Shown: one piece after another, positions 28,492 to 38,612 of the stretch
Layout of the letters: every line of letters begins with the position of its first letter
Position numbering within the stretch: the first letter of the stretch is position 1
From: Candidatus Heimdallarchaeota archaeon
GTDB taxonomy: Archaea > Asgardarchaeota > Heimdallarchaeia > Heimdallarchaeales > Heimdallarchaeaceae
Direction: 5' to 3'
Length of the DNA: 64,000 nucleotides
Assembly (NCBI GenBank): GCA_016840095.1
Contig: JAEOSZ010000066.1
Span: 13,627-77,626, forward strand
Position numbers and translations under genes: made by a program
The notes under the pieces: model-generated
The model's input: the letters and a program-made list of their open reading frames with translations, nothing else
The model's database searches: none
Told to the model about the DNA's origin: nothing

Positions 28492-30969
28492 ATGAAAAAG
28501 AAGTTAACCTTAGCAATATTATTCTTAATGTTAACATCAGTTTTATTTATTGATTTATCTACCTACAATCTTGCTAGTTATGAATCTAGCGCAGGTAATG
28601 ATACAATATCTAGCGTTGATACTCCAGAATTTGATCATATATTTGGTCCTCCTGGTCATGTTGCATTGGCAATATCAGAAGAAGATAATCTGATTTTTAC
28701 AAATGCTCCAGAAGGTTTAGCACTAATACAATTAGATGATTTAACCAATCAAACGGTCTATAAGGATGAGATAGGTTTAACTGATGTCCAAATTCAGAAT
28801 ATAGAAATTGATAAAGATCTTAAATTGTTGTACATAGGTTCACTACAAGGAGTAGATATTGTTAACTATTCCGTTACACCACTTTCGGCTACTCCAATTC
28901 TAACAGGAGTTGCAACAAATTTTGAATTGGGTGATTTTATAGATGTAGATCCCTATACTCACTATGTATGGATTGTTACACAGTCTCATGGATTGATTGT
29001 TTATGATCCAATCACTGATAGACAATTAGACATTAGCGGATATAATCCTCCTGCTCCAAGTGTAAAAATGCTTACAGTTGATGCTAATTCTTCAGAATCT
29101 TACGTATTTATTGGTACATCTGTTGGAGTCTTTGAAATCGATATTTCGGAAAATACTACCAGATGGTATACAAAAAGTGATGGACTTCCTAATGACTATT
29201 CTAGACTTGTTAAATACTATCCAATCCTAGGAAAAATCTTTGTCGCAACATTTAATGAAACAACAAACATCTGTGATGGTATAAGTGTAATTTTTCCAGA
29301 TAATGATACAATTATAACTTACCCCTATACTCAAACACCATACTATTCTAGATCATTTCTTGATTTAGTGTGTGATACTGAAGCGAAATTGGGTTTTGCA
29401 GTATCTCCTTATACCACAAATGCAGAATCTGGTCTATTAGTTTTTAATACAACAAGTATGGAAGCTGTAGCTAAATCATATTATGGCTCTGGATCAGGAT
29501 ATCCACTAACCACTGTGACAGGAGCACCTTACCCTATCGAAAGCTTGCTTGCATCTATACGATTAGATTCAGTTACAAGAAAACTTATCGTTGGAACAGT
29601 TCAAAGAATACAAAAAATCGATTATACTGCTCCTAGTACAGCTATTACTGAACAATCAGACATATTAGGTCTAGCACATAACATGGCAACCGATATTAAT
29701 TATGATCCAGTTGATGGATACGCATATGTTTCTACTCTATTAGGTTTGGATAGAATCAACACAACAGATCCTAATCGATTAAATCCTCTTTCAGTAGAAC
29801 ATCTTATTTCAGGAATTGGTGGTGCTGGAGGAGATACAGCTGGAGAACTGCTTGTAAATGCACGACTTATGTTCCACCATAGATACATGTATGACATTGA
29901 TACAAGTACTACTACAAATATTGAATCCATACTTCCATTAAGTGAATATAGATACGTTTCAGATATATCTTCATCATACAATGAAAGTTTGATTTATTAT
30001 TCAATTGCATCTCAAAATGCAGGTGTAGGTGGGAATGGTTCTATGATTGTTTATAACTGGGAACTAGGCACATATTATGTTGAAAACTTCACTGAAGAAA
30101 TTACACAGTTAGAAGTAAATTCCATTTTACAAGATCCAGATAAAGACGTTCTCTATGTGGCTACTAATACAGGATTAATCCTCTATAACCTTACAAGTCT
30201 CTCAGAAATTAAAAGATTTGGAGATGTTGAGAATTGGGAAATTCAATCACTCGAGTGGATTGAAGGAAAACTCTGGCTTGGCATGGAACCTTATCCAAAT
30301 ATAAGAATATTTGATCCAATTACTGAAAATATCATTGCTTGGGACAAAGCAGATCAAATCACAGCTCCTTCTATTAATGACATCTTCTATCTTGATTCTA
30401 GAAATGAAACATACATTCTAGCAAACTCAGGTCTGTATGTATTTAATAGGACTAATCAAGTACTGAAAACTGAAAATGAAGCAGATGGACTATCTACATT
30501 ATTAGTTCGTAGAATGGATTACATTCCAACTACTGATGAACCATGGATAGGTAGTTTACAAGGAATCAATATCTATGATCCAAATTATGATGATAAAGTT
30601 CCTTCAGTTACTATAACATTCCCAAGTACCATAGTGTCCGGTCTGATAAATATAGACATAACTGGCGTGGATTATGTTGGAATCAAGGAAATCAAAGTTA
30701 GAATGGAAAATGGTTCATGGTTCCAAGAATGGTCTATAGGTTCCAATTTTCTGCGAATAAATCTTGATACAACCCTGTATGAAAACGGCTATTATGATTT
30801 CATTGTTGATGTAACAGACTGGAATGATTTATCAACTCAAAGCACAACTGAAGATATTCTAATCAATAATGTCATTGTAAATGAATTTAACACAACAACA
30901 ATTCTAGTCATTCTACCTGCCATTATTGGTATAGGCGTATTATTCATAAGAAAACGTTTGAAGCGATAA
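28492..30969 (+). CDS. Large secreted, membrane-anchored surface protein with beta-propeller-like repeats
   Basis: Signal-like N-terminus (LTLAILFLMLTSVLF), repeated GL.v.D/Y segments, many N-x-S/T sequons, C-terminal TM helix + RKRLKR. Confidence 0.55.
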   Translation: MKKKLTLAILFLMLTSVLFIDLSTYNLASYESSAGNDTISSVDTPEFDHIFGPPGHVALAISEEDNLIFTNAPEGLALIQLDDLTNQTVYKDEIGLTDVQIQNIEIDKDLKLLYIGSLQGVDIVNYSVTPLSATPILTGVATNFELGDFIDVDPYTHYVWIVTQSHGLIVYDPITDRQLDISGYNPPAPSVKMLTVDANSSESYVFIGTSVGVFEIDISENTTRWYTKSDGLPNDYSRLVKYYPILGKIFVATFNETTNICDGISVIFPDNDTIITYPYTQTPYYSRSFLDLVCDTEAKLGFAVSPYTTNAESGLLVFNTTSMEAVAKSYYGSGSGYPLTTVTGAPYPIESLLASIRLDSVTRKLIVGTVQRIQKIDYTAPSTAITEQSDILGLAHNMATDINYDPVDGYAYVSTLLGLDRINTTDPNRLNPLSVEHLISGIGGAGGDTAGELLVNARLMFHHRYMYDIDTSTTTNIESILPLSEYRYVSDISSSYNESLIYYSIASQNAGVGGNGSMIVYNWELGTYYVENFTEEITQLEVNSILQDPDKDVLYVATNTGLILYNLTSLSEIKRFGDVENWEIQSLEWIEGKLWLGMEPYPNIRIFDPITENIIAWDKADQITAPSINDIFYLDSRNETYILANSGLYVFNRTNQVLKTENEADGLSTLLVRRMDYIPTTDEPWIGSLQGINIYDPNYDDKVPSVTITFPSTIVSGLINIDITGVDYVGIKEIKVRMENGSWFQEWSIGSNFLRINLDTTLYENGYYDFIVDVTDWNDLSTQSTTEDILINNVIVNEFNTTTILVILPAIIGIGVLFIRKRLKR

Positions 30970-31105
30970 TTTTCTTCTCTTTCCTTCCTTTTTTTAAAAA
31001 ACTTGTATTTAAGTAGTTGACAGAAAGTTTTTAAAATGTAGAAACGAGAAAAATAACGAGCACGAGGAATTAGGATGGATCGCGAAATTCGCTAAAAAGA
31101 AACTT

Positions 31106-31140
31106 TTTTTTATATATCCTTGTAGCGTGCCTTATATATT
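31106..31140 (+). promoter_or_regulatory. Candidate TATA boxes upstream of ileS
   Basis: tttttatatatcc (31106-31118) and cttatatatt (31131-31140). GGAG at 31157-31160 precedes the GTG start at 31170. Confidence 0.3.
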
Positions 31141-31169
31141 TCTGAAAAAACATTTTGGAGTAGATTATA

Positions 31170-34100
31170 GTGGATAACGAGAAACAAGTATTTGAGTCAG
31201 TTAAAGCTTTACCTTCATTTTCTAAAGACGAGGAAGAAACATTGACTTTCTGGGAAGAAAATAAGGTATTTGATAAACTAAGAGAGATGAGAAAAGGAAG
31301 CCCGTTATTTAAATGGTTAGAGGGCCCTCCAACTGCAAATGGTCTCCCTCACATTGGACATGCTTTAACTCGAGCAATCAAAGATGTATTTCTTAGACAT
31401 AAGTCAATGCACGGATTTGAAGTTGTACCTTGGGTTGCAGGATGGGATTGTCATGGACTTCCTGTCGAACTAGAAGTAGAAAAAACTCTTGGATTTACAG
31501 ACAAAAGCCAAATTGAAGAATTTGGAATGGTAAACTTCAATGCAGAATGTAGAAAATCTGTTTTCAAATATGTTAAAGAATGGCGTGAGATGTCTGAACG
31601 CATAGGTTTCTGGGTTGATTTCGAAAACAGATATGCTACTCTAGATGAAAACTATGTTGAAAGCGTTTGGTGGTCATTGAAGGAGATAGACAAAAAAGGG
31701 TTGCTATACTTAGGATATAAAGTAGTTCCCTATTGTCCAAGATGTGGAACTCCACTATCTTCTCATGAAGTAGGACAAGGGATGATGGAAACAACAGACC
31801 CCTCAGTTTTTGTTAAAATAAAAGCAGAAGGTTTTGAAGATACATACTATCTAGTTTGGACAACTACACCATGGACACTAATATCAAATGTTTGTATAAC
31901 AGTACACCCAGATATTGATTACGTTCAAGTAGAATATAATGGAGAAAAATTGATTCTAGCTGAGAAGAAAGCAGATGAACTTCTAGAAACATATGCCGTT
32001 CTACAAAAATTCAAAGGAAAAGATCTGGAATATAAAAAATATGAACAACTTTTCCAATATATAGTACCTGAAGAAGATGCTTTCTATGTAACTCTTGCAA
32101 ATTATGTAACCACAGATGAAGGAACAGGTATTGTTCATTCCGCCCCAGCTTTTGGAGAGGATGATGCTGAAATTGGAAAACAGTATGGATTACCTGTAAT
32201 GAATCCAGTTCTAGAAGATGGAAGTTTCTCAGATGAAATTGTAGATTTTGCAGGTTTATTTGTTAAAGATGCAGATCCCAAAATAATGGATAACCTAAAG
32301 GAAAGAGGTTTGCTTTTCAAGAAAGGAGTGTATAAACACATATATCCGTTCTGTTATCGTTGTGATGGTCCGCTTCTGTATTATTCTACAGAAACATGGT
32401 ACATTGAAATGTCTAAAATGCGAGATAGATTAGTAGCAAACAATGACCTAGTAAGATGGCAACCTGCACATCTCAAGAAAGGTAGATTTGGAAACTTCAT
32501 CGAAGAAGTAAGAGATTGGGCACTTTCTCGAAATAGATTTTGGGGAAGCCCACTTCCAATATGGTTATGCGAAGACAATCATAAAACAGTTATTGGTAGT
32601 AGAAAGGAACTAGAAGAATTATATGGTAAACCTCTAGCTAAAGACTTCAGTTTACATAGACCTTGGGTAGATGAAATAACCTTTGACTGTCCTGAGTGTC
32701 AGAAGAAAGCTGAAAGAGTGCCATATGTTATAGATTGTTGGTATGATGCAGGAAGTGCACCTTTTGCTCAATATCATTATCCATTTGAGAATAAAGAATT
32801 GTTTGACAAGCATTTCCCATATGATTTCATAACAGAAGCAATAGACCAAACAAGAGGTTGGTTTTACACTCTTCTAGCAATAAGCACAGTTCTATTCGAT
32901 AAACCAGCTTATCTAAACTGTTTAACTATGGGACATACATTAGATGCTAAAGGAAAGAAAATGAGTAAAAGCAAGGGGAACATGATCCGCGCTAATGAAG
33001 TTATACCAGAATATGGCGCAGATGCTGTGAGATGGTTCCTATATTCATACCCTACATGGAACAGTGTGAGAGTTGATCCTGAGCAAATATACGAAACAAT
33101 GAAGAAATTCATACTTACACTCTGGAACAGTTATAGTTTCTTTGTATCAAATGCTAATGTGGATAATTTTGATCCTAAAACATTCAATGTTCCGTTAAAC
33201 GAGAGACCAGAACTCGATAAATGGTTAATAAGTGAAGTTAATTATTTAGCAAAAACCATAGATGATGCATTAGAAAACATGACTGTACATATAGCAGCTC
33301 AAGCTTTTGAGAAATTCGTCATTGATAAATTCAGTAATTGGTATCTTCGACAATCTCGTAGAAGGTTCTGGAGAGGAGAACTGGACACAGATAAGAAATC
33401 TGCTTATGTAACAACATATGAAGTATTAGTAAAACTATCTAAGATGTTAGCTCCTTTCATTCCTTTCATCTCTGAGAAATTACATCAGAATTTGGTAAGA
33501 AGACTAGATTCTGAAGCTGCTTTAAGTGTGCATTTCCTTGATTATCCAACCATAAATAAAAAGGAAGTAGATGCCAATCTTTCAAGGGATATGAATAAAG
33601 TACTTTCGCTAGTTACAGCAGGAAGAAGTATACGATCCTCAGCAAATATAAAATTGAGACAACCTCTTTCTGAACTCATATTGATATCTCCTCTTGGAAA
33701 GAAGGATTTGATAGAGAAATATGAGGAAGTCTTCAAGGAAGAACTGAATGTAAAGAAGATAACTCTTAGCAAAAGCTCTGAAGAACTGGTAAATTATACA
33801 ATAAAACCAAATTTCAAGGTATTAGCTCCCAAAGTCAAATCAGCTGTTAAAGGAATAGGAAAGGAACTAGAAAAACTAGATTCTGACAAGACCAAGGAGT
33901 ATGTTGAAATGTTAGCAAAAGGTGAATCAATAGTTATAACAGCAGATGATACAGAGTTTCAACTCACTCCAGACGACCTGGAATACAGAATAGAGGTTCA
34001 CGAAGGATTTGCAGGTGAAGAAGCTGAAGGATACCTATTGCTTTTCAATTCAACAATTACTGATGACCTTAAACAAGAAGGATATGTTAGAGATATAATC

Positions 34101-34328
34101 AGACGAGTTCAAACAATGAGAAAAGAACTGGATCTCGAATACACTCAGAAAATTGTTCTCTCTGTCGAAGTAGATGAATTTGGAAAAGAAGCTCTAAAGA
34201 AATTTAAAGAGTACATCAAAGAGGAAACCCTAAGCAAAGAGATGGAATTCACAAAACCAAAGGAAGGACTGATCAAAGACTGGAAATTCGATGAGTTTGA
34301 GGTAACTATTGGAGTAAAACCTCTCTAA
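31170..34328 (+). CDS. ileS: Isoleucyl-tRNA synthetase
   Basis: PPTANGLPHIGHALT (HIGH), KMSKSKGN (KMSKS), editing-domain sequences, 1052 aa, GTG start. Confidence 0.97.
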   Translation: MDNEKQVFESVKALPSFSKDEEETLTFWEENKVFDKLREMRKGSPLFKWLEGPPTANGLPHIGHALTRAIKDVFLRHKSMHGFEVVPWVAGWDCHGLPVELEVEKTLGFTDKSQIEEFGMVNFNAECRKSVFKYVKEWREMSERIGFWVDFENRYATLDENYVESVWWSLKEIDKKGLLYLGYKVVPYCPRCGTPLSSHEVGQGMMETTDPSVFVKIKAEGFEDTYYLVWTTTPWTLISNVCITVHPDIDYVQVEYNGEKLILAEKKADELLETYAVLQKFKGKDLEYKKYEQLFQYIVPEEDAFYVTLANYVTTDEGTGIVHSAPAFGEDDAEIGKQYGLPVMNPVLEDGSFSDEIVDFAGLFVKDADPKIMDNLKERGLLFKKGVYKHIYPFCYRCDGPLLYYSTETWYIEMSKMRDRLVANNDLVRWQPAHLKKGRFGNFIEEVRDWALSRNRFWGSPLPIWLCEDNHKTVIGSRKELEELYGKPLAKDFSLHRPWVDEITFDCPECQKKAERVPYVIDCWYDAGSAPFAQYHYPFENKELFDKHFPYDFITEAIDQTRGWFYTLLAISTVLFDKPAYLNCLTMGHTLDAKGKKMSKSKGNMIRANEVIPEYGADAVRWFLYSYPTWNSVRVDPEQIYETMKKFILTLWNSYSFFVSNANVDNFDPKTFNVPLNERPELDKWLISEVNYLAKTIDDALENMTVHIAAQAFEKFVIDKFSNWYLRQSRRRFWRGELDTDKKSAYVTTYEVLVKLSKMLAPFIPFISEKLHQNLVRRLDSEAALSVHFLDYPTINKKEVDANLSRDMNKVLSLVTAGRSIRSSANIKLRQPLSELILISPLGKKDLIEKYEEVFKEELNVKKITLSKSSEELVNYTIKPNFKVLAPKVKSAVKGIGKELEKLDSDKTKEYVEMLAKGESIVITADDTEFQLTPDDLEYRIEVHEGFAGEEAEGYLLLFNSTITDDLKQEGYVRDIIRRVQTMRKELDLEYTQKIVLSVEVDEFGKEALKKFKEYIKEETLSKEMEFTKPKEGLIKDWKFDEFEVTIGVKPL

Positions 34329-34360
34329 TATTTCTCTTTTTATTCAAACTCATTAAAAGT

Positions 34361-34370
34361 AATAAATAAA
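34361..34370 (+). promoter_or_regulatory. TATA-like box for the C/D sRNA
   Basis: aataaataaa lies 22-31 nt upstream of the sRNA 5' stem. Confidence 0.35.
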
Positions 34371-34391
34371 AACTTCAAAGTTAACAACAAT

Positions 34392-34451
34392 GTGGCGATG
34401 ATTAAACCGTCCCAGACTGAAATGTGATGTTCTCACGACGATATGAGCCAC
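34392..34451 (+). ncRNA. Box C/D sRNA (2'-O-methylation guide)
   Basis: The layout is:
- terminal stem GUGGC (34392-96) / GCCAC (34447-51)
- C box AUGAUUA (34398-404)
- 12-nt guide
- D' CUGA (34417-20)
- 3-nt spacer
- C' GUGAUGU (34424-30)
- 12-nt guide
- D box AUGA (34443-46)
C-box position 6 (U) and D-box position 1 (A) covary to keep the pair. Confidence 0.7.
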
Positions 34452-34456
34452 CATAA

Positions 34457-34462
34457 TTTTTT
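34457..34462 (+). terminator. Oligo-T tract after the sRNA
   Basis: TTTTTT begins 6 nt after the 3' stem. Archaeal terminators are oligo-T runs. Confidence 0.35.
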
Positions 34463-34538
34463 CAATGGTTTTTATTGTAGTATAAATAAGATTCAACAAA
34501 TCATAAAAGTTAATTAGTTTCTGTTACCCCAGATAATT

Positions 34539-36122
34539 GTGATTAATCAAGATCCCAATTTTACGGAGATTCTATATCATCAACCTGGTCATCTAAGAAG
34601 TGTTAATGTCATCAGGGAATTTGATGGTTATATCTTAACTGGAGGGCAAGATGGAAGAATCTGTATTTGGGATTTAGATTTAGAGAAAGAACTAGGATGT
34701 ATTTTTGCGCATAACTCATCTATTTCAGATATTCAGAAGCTGGAAAATCTAAATTTAGTACTATCCACTGCTTTAGATTTAGATCTAAAAGCATGGTCAT
34801 TAGTTGATTTTTCTAAAATAGAAAAACAAAAAGCCCACATATCTTCTATTATAGGAGCTAAACCTCTAAACGATTTTATAATTTCTATAGGAAGAGATGA
34901 ACGACTAAGAAAATGGAAAATTGAGAATGGAAATTTCAAACTTCTTGCAAATACGAAAATACTAACTATGCGTCAAATACTCTCTTTGGATGACAGAATA
35001 TTGATTTCTTGTCAAGAAGGAGACAAGTTCATTCTGGATACTGAGAACCTCAAAGAAGAAACAACGCTTTTTGTAAATGATTCCAAAGTTATTAAAGCCA
35101 TAAAAAAATCTTCAAAATATTTAAAGGAATTTGCAAATAAGGATCCCCATACCATACTTTTTCAATTATCTAGAAGAAATGGGTTCCCTGCAATATCCAG
35201 TACAATAACTAATGATCAATTCATATTGGGGCATGAATTTGGTTTCGTTTCTGTTTGGCAAAGAGATACTCTGAAATTATCTAAGGTTTTCTTTGTTCAT
35301 GAAAAACACATTACTGGAATAGAAATATTGGATAATGTTCTCTATACAATTTCATTAGATTCAACAATCTCTACGTTTGATATAGAATCACAAAAACCCA
35401 TTAAATCTTTCAAGTTAAAATCAAAACCATTATCACTACTAAAGACATCAAAAGAAGAATTTGTTGTAGGTTTAGAAACAGGTGAATTGTTGGTTTTTGA
35501 CTCACAATTGGTCCATATCAATTCTCAAATGAATATAAAGTTGATATCTGGATCAGCAATAACCTCTGATAGTCTTGCCTTCGCATTAAATTCAGGAGAT
35601 ATTGTTTTATTAAATAGCGAAAATCTGGAGATTATAAAACAAAAGAAAATCCATGAGAAAAACATTCATGGACTTTTTTTCTATGATGGTAGATTGATTT
35701 CTGTTGGAGATGACAAACGAGTGGTTATATTAGATTCTAACCTAGATATCATCAAAGAAATCGAGTTTGAACATAAAATTATCAACTCAAGACAAGTAAA
35801 GCATTATATTACTTTAAATTCCAATCATGTTTTAGATCTTCGGAAAGATGAGGTAATCAAGGGGGAAATATCAAAGGAAACAGAAGATGAGATGAAGAGA
35901 ATTAATCCGCTAGATTATGAACTAGTAAAAGGGGATATTCGAATTAAAATAAACAACGATATTCTTCGAAAATTCACAAAAGATGAGCTAAATGAGATGT
36001 ACAAAGGAAAAATTTGGGAATCACTGGAAAAACTCTCAAAAGCAAAGGTTAATTCATTTTATCTCCAGGAAAACGAATTTTTTGTTATCTCAAAAAGATT
36101 GAAAACAACAGAAAAAGAATAA
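34539..36122 (+). CDS. WD40-repeat protein
   Basis: Repeats such as GHLRSVNVIREFDGYILTGGQDGRICIWDL, ..SIGRDERLRKWKI, ..SVGDDKRVVILD. GTG start. Non-repeat C-terminal ~100 aa. Confidence 0.7.
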   Translation: MINQDPNFTEILYHQPGHLRSVNVIREFDGYILTGGQDGRICIWDLDLEKELGCIFAHNSSISDIQKLENLNLVLSTALDLDLKAWSLVDFSKIEKQKAHISSIIGAKPLNDFIISIGRDERLRKWKIENGNFKLLANTKILTMRQILSLDDRILISCQEGDKFILDTENLKEETTLFVNDSKVIKAIKKSSKYLKEFANKDPHTILFQLSRRNGFPAISSTITNDQFILGHEFGFVSVWQRDTLKLSKVFFVHEKHITGIEILDNVLYTISLDSTISTFDIESQKPIKSFKLKSKPLSLLKTSKEEFVVGLETGELLVFDSQLVHINSQMNIKLISGSAITSDSLAFALNSGDIVLLNSENLEIIKQKKIHEKNIHGLFFYDGRLISVGDDKRVVILDSNLDIIKEIEFEHKIINSRQVKHYITLNSNHVLDLRKDEVIKGEISKETEDEMKRINPLDYELVKGDIRIKINNDILRKFTKDELNEMYKGKIWESLEKLSKAKVNSFYLQENEFFVISKRLKTTEKE

Positions 36123-36133
36123 GCAGTTAATTT

Positions 36134-36616
36134 TTACTTAATTTCATATTTCTCAAACTCAACATCAGATGAATCCAACCAACCCGAACGTAGAATTGGA
36201 TCTGAATATTCTTCAACGTAAATAACTTTTCTAATTCCAGCATTTATAATCGCCATTGTGCAATTTCCACAAGGTCTAGTTGTTGAGTAAAGAGTTGTAC
36301 CTTCTGAACTTATCCCTGCTGTGGCGGCCTGGATTATTGCATTCAGTTCTGCATGAACAGCTGGACACACCTCATTTTTTTCTCCAGATTTTTCGTATAG
36401 TTTTGTACAAGTCTTTTTTGTGCAATGATCTATTCCTCTAGGAACTCCATTATAGCCTGTAGATATAATCTGATGTTTATCATTTACAAGTACTGCCCCT
36501 ACTTGTCTTCTAATACATGTAGATCTTGTCTTAGCAATTTCTGCAATTCCTATAAAATACTCATCCCAAGAGGGTCTATTCAGTTCTTTAATCAAAGAAT
36601 CATCTGTATTTTTCAT
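36134..36616 (-). CDS. dCMP deaminase (CMP/dCMP zinc-binding family)
   Basis: HAELNAI and PCGNCTMAI zinc motifs. Confidence 0.85.
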   Translation of the reverse strand: MKNTDDSLIKELNRPSWDEYFIGIAEIAKTRSTCIRRQVGAVLVNDKHQIISTGYNGVPRGIDHCTKKTCTKLYEKSGEKNEVCPAVHAELNAIIQAATAGISSEGTTLYSTTRPCGNCTMAIINAGIRKVIYVEEYSDPILRSGWLDSSDVEFEKYEIK

Positions 36617-36663
36617 TCTAAATAAAATTTAATGTTAGATTTAATCAATATTTTTGTCTTGGT

Positions 36664-36990
36664 TTATGATTTCGAAAGATATTTCTTTGCTTTATTGATT
36701 ACTCCACTCACATAAGAAGGATGAAGAAGGACATTTTTGTCATCTATTCTTGTAATAAGTGCTAAGATTGTAAGTAAGGAAGAGAGGGAATCATGCGAGC
36801 ATCTAATTATTCCACTTTGTAAATTCTCATCAAAGTGTTCAAAATATAAGCCAGCGCTTGATGAACCAGAAATTCCATAGATCTTTTGATATGTTTGCCA
36901 GACTTTGGTCTTAATAGCTTGTAAATTAAAACTTGTTTCTTTAGCTATAATTGTGATAACTACATATCGATCTCTTGTTATGGTCACCAT
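36664..36990 (-). CDS. rnp2: RNase P protein component 2 (Pop5)
   Basis: RDRYVVITII.., GIIRCSHDSLSSLLTILALI.., VSGVINKAKK pattern. Lies directly downstream of the Rpp30-like gene. Confidence 0.7.
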   Translation of the reverse strand: MVTITRDRYVVITIIAKETSFNLQAIKTKVWQTYQKIYGISGSSSAGLYFEHFDENLQSGIIRCSHDSLSSLLTILALITRIDDKNVLLHPSYVSGVINKAKKYLSKS

Positions 36991-36992
36991 AA

Positions 36993-37835
36993 TTAAACCT
37001 CCTTTACACCTTCAAAAACTGAAGTATCATGTAATTTTATAATATTAGAAACTAGCTTAGAAAACTGATTCTCAAAAACAGAGTATTTGCTTTTATTGTA
37101 TGAAATACCAAAAAGTTCACCTAAATATCTCATTTGAGATCCATTTCGCAAATGCAAAGGAGATAGTGGATTCATTGAAAAAGTGAATGGAACATGACTT
37201 TGCTTTAGTAATTTTATTAGTTTTCTTCCGTTTCTTAATATAAGGCTAAGTTCCTTATCATCCTTTGAAGTTAAAAGGGCCGATAATGAGATTTCTAATA
37301 GCTTATCATTTTGTTTTATTAGAGAACATAAAGCTGAATCAATTGAGGAAGCATTTTCAAGAAGGTCAACAGAAATAAAGTCTATTCTTCTATCTGTGGC
37401 AGCCCATTTCAGAATGTTTTTCTTGTTAGAACAAACACAAACTAGCTCATGTTGAAAACGTATTCCTGCTAGATTCTTTTTTATTTCTTCTATACTTCTA
37501 CTAGAAACATTTTTTCTAGTTACAATAATGTGCTGATTTGAATCCATATTTAACAAATATTTCTTAAATTTAATTATGGTTTGTTCCAAATTATAACTTG
37601 TATCTATAATGGATTCATAGATACTTGTAAGAGAAAATAATTCAAAATCTGATTTGGTGTTTTCTTCAATTAATTTATTCCTTTCAGTGATGGTTATTCC
37701 ATTTACAACTACTATCGGAATATTAATCCTATGAGCAATTTCGATATAGTCCATTATTGAATAGCTGTCATTCAAAGATACATTACTTTCTATTGAAAGC
37801 TGCAATTTCTTAACAGTATTCACCATATCTAACAT
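36993..37835 (-). CDS. rnp3: RNase P protein component 3 (Rpp30-like)
   Basis: RIDFISVDLL.., VPFTFSMNPLSPLHLRNGSQMRYLGELFG resembles the Rpp30 C-terminal pattern. Conserved Rpp30-Pop5 adjacency (2-nt gap). Confidence 0.55.
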   Translation of the reverse strand: MLDMVNTVKKLQLSIESNVSLNDSYSIMDYIEIAHRINIPIVVVNGITITERNKLIEENTKSDFELFSLTSIYESIIDTSYNLEQTIIKFKKYLLNMDSNQHIIVTRKNVSSRSIEEIKKNLAGIRFQHELVCVCSNKKNILKWAATDRRIDFISVDLLENASSIDSALCSLIKQNDKLLEISLSALLTSKDDKELSLILRNGRKLIKLLKQSHVPFTFSMNPLSPLHLRNGSQMRYLGELFGISYNKSKYSVFENQFSKLVSNIIKLHDTSVFEGVKEV

Positions 37836-38105
37836 ATTATTTCACTTTTAACTAAACTTTAGTATCACATTTCTTCAAAAATCTTCCTTCTTAGTAGTTT
37901 GTTTTGAAAGATTGTAAATTTGAGTCTGAGGATTTTCAGTAGAAATCCTGCTTCAGTTTCATTTTAATATCAATATTTCACTATTGAAAATAAAATCAGA
38001 AAGCCAAAAGTTAATAAAGTATTCGGGTTATCAAACCTCGTCATAAAGCTTCATTTATGCATAATCTTCAAGAATGGAGATATATAGAAACAGGAGCAAG
38101 TTCGA

Positions 38106-38582
38106 ATGGGTTTATACGAAAGAATTTGGAAAGATCAGAAAAATAGAACACTTCTCATCAGTTCGATAATTGCATTGACTTTTATTATTCTAGCATTCAT
38201 TTTTTCAGGTTGGAATGAATTAAGTGCTCCAAATTGGTTAAAGGGTCTATACCTAGATGATCCAACTGAAAAATACAATGTAGGTTTGACTCTCTTAATA
38301 GGATTCTTTGTATCTATATTCTATTTCTTCTTAATGTTAGCTTTAGCAACTTTGAGAGAAATAAGAGCTGGCTTACCATCATGGGGTTCATTTGTTAGTT
38401 CTTCAATTGCTTCAATACTAATCACATGGATAGTTACCTCAATCAAACCAGGATTAGCTCAAGAAACAAACTACACTCCTGGAATGCAATTGACTATTTT
38501 TGGAATACTTATTGGAGTAATTATTCTTTCAATAGTTTATATCTTCTTTACAGAATCTCCAGATGAAGAAAAAAAGAAATAG
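38106..38582 (+). CDS. Four-TM membrane protein, unknown function
   Basis: Hydrophobic helices only, with a K/E tail. Confidence 0.45.
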   Translation: MGLYERIWKDQKNRTLLISSIIALTFIILAFIFSGWNELSAPNWLKGLYLDDPTEKYNVGLTLLIGFFVSIFYFFLMLALATLREIRAGLPSWGSFVSSSIASILITWIVTSIKPGLAQETNYTPGMQLTIFGILIGVIILSIVYIFFTESPDEEKKK

Positions 38583-38612
38583 TCAAGGGATAAATTTTTC
38601 CCTTTTATTTTG

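Noticed and set aside
31041-31092. Triple ACGAG repeat and an 11-nt palindrome GCGAAATTCGC upstream of ileS, as a possible T-box-like leader or operator
   Set aside because: It lies upstream of the candidate TATA boxes, so it is probably not transcribed with ileS. T-box riboswitches are bacterial. The motifs are short enough to occur by chance.
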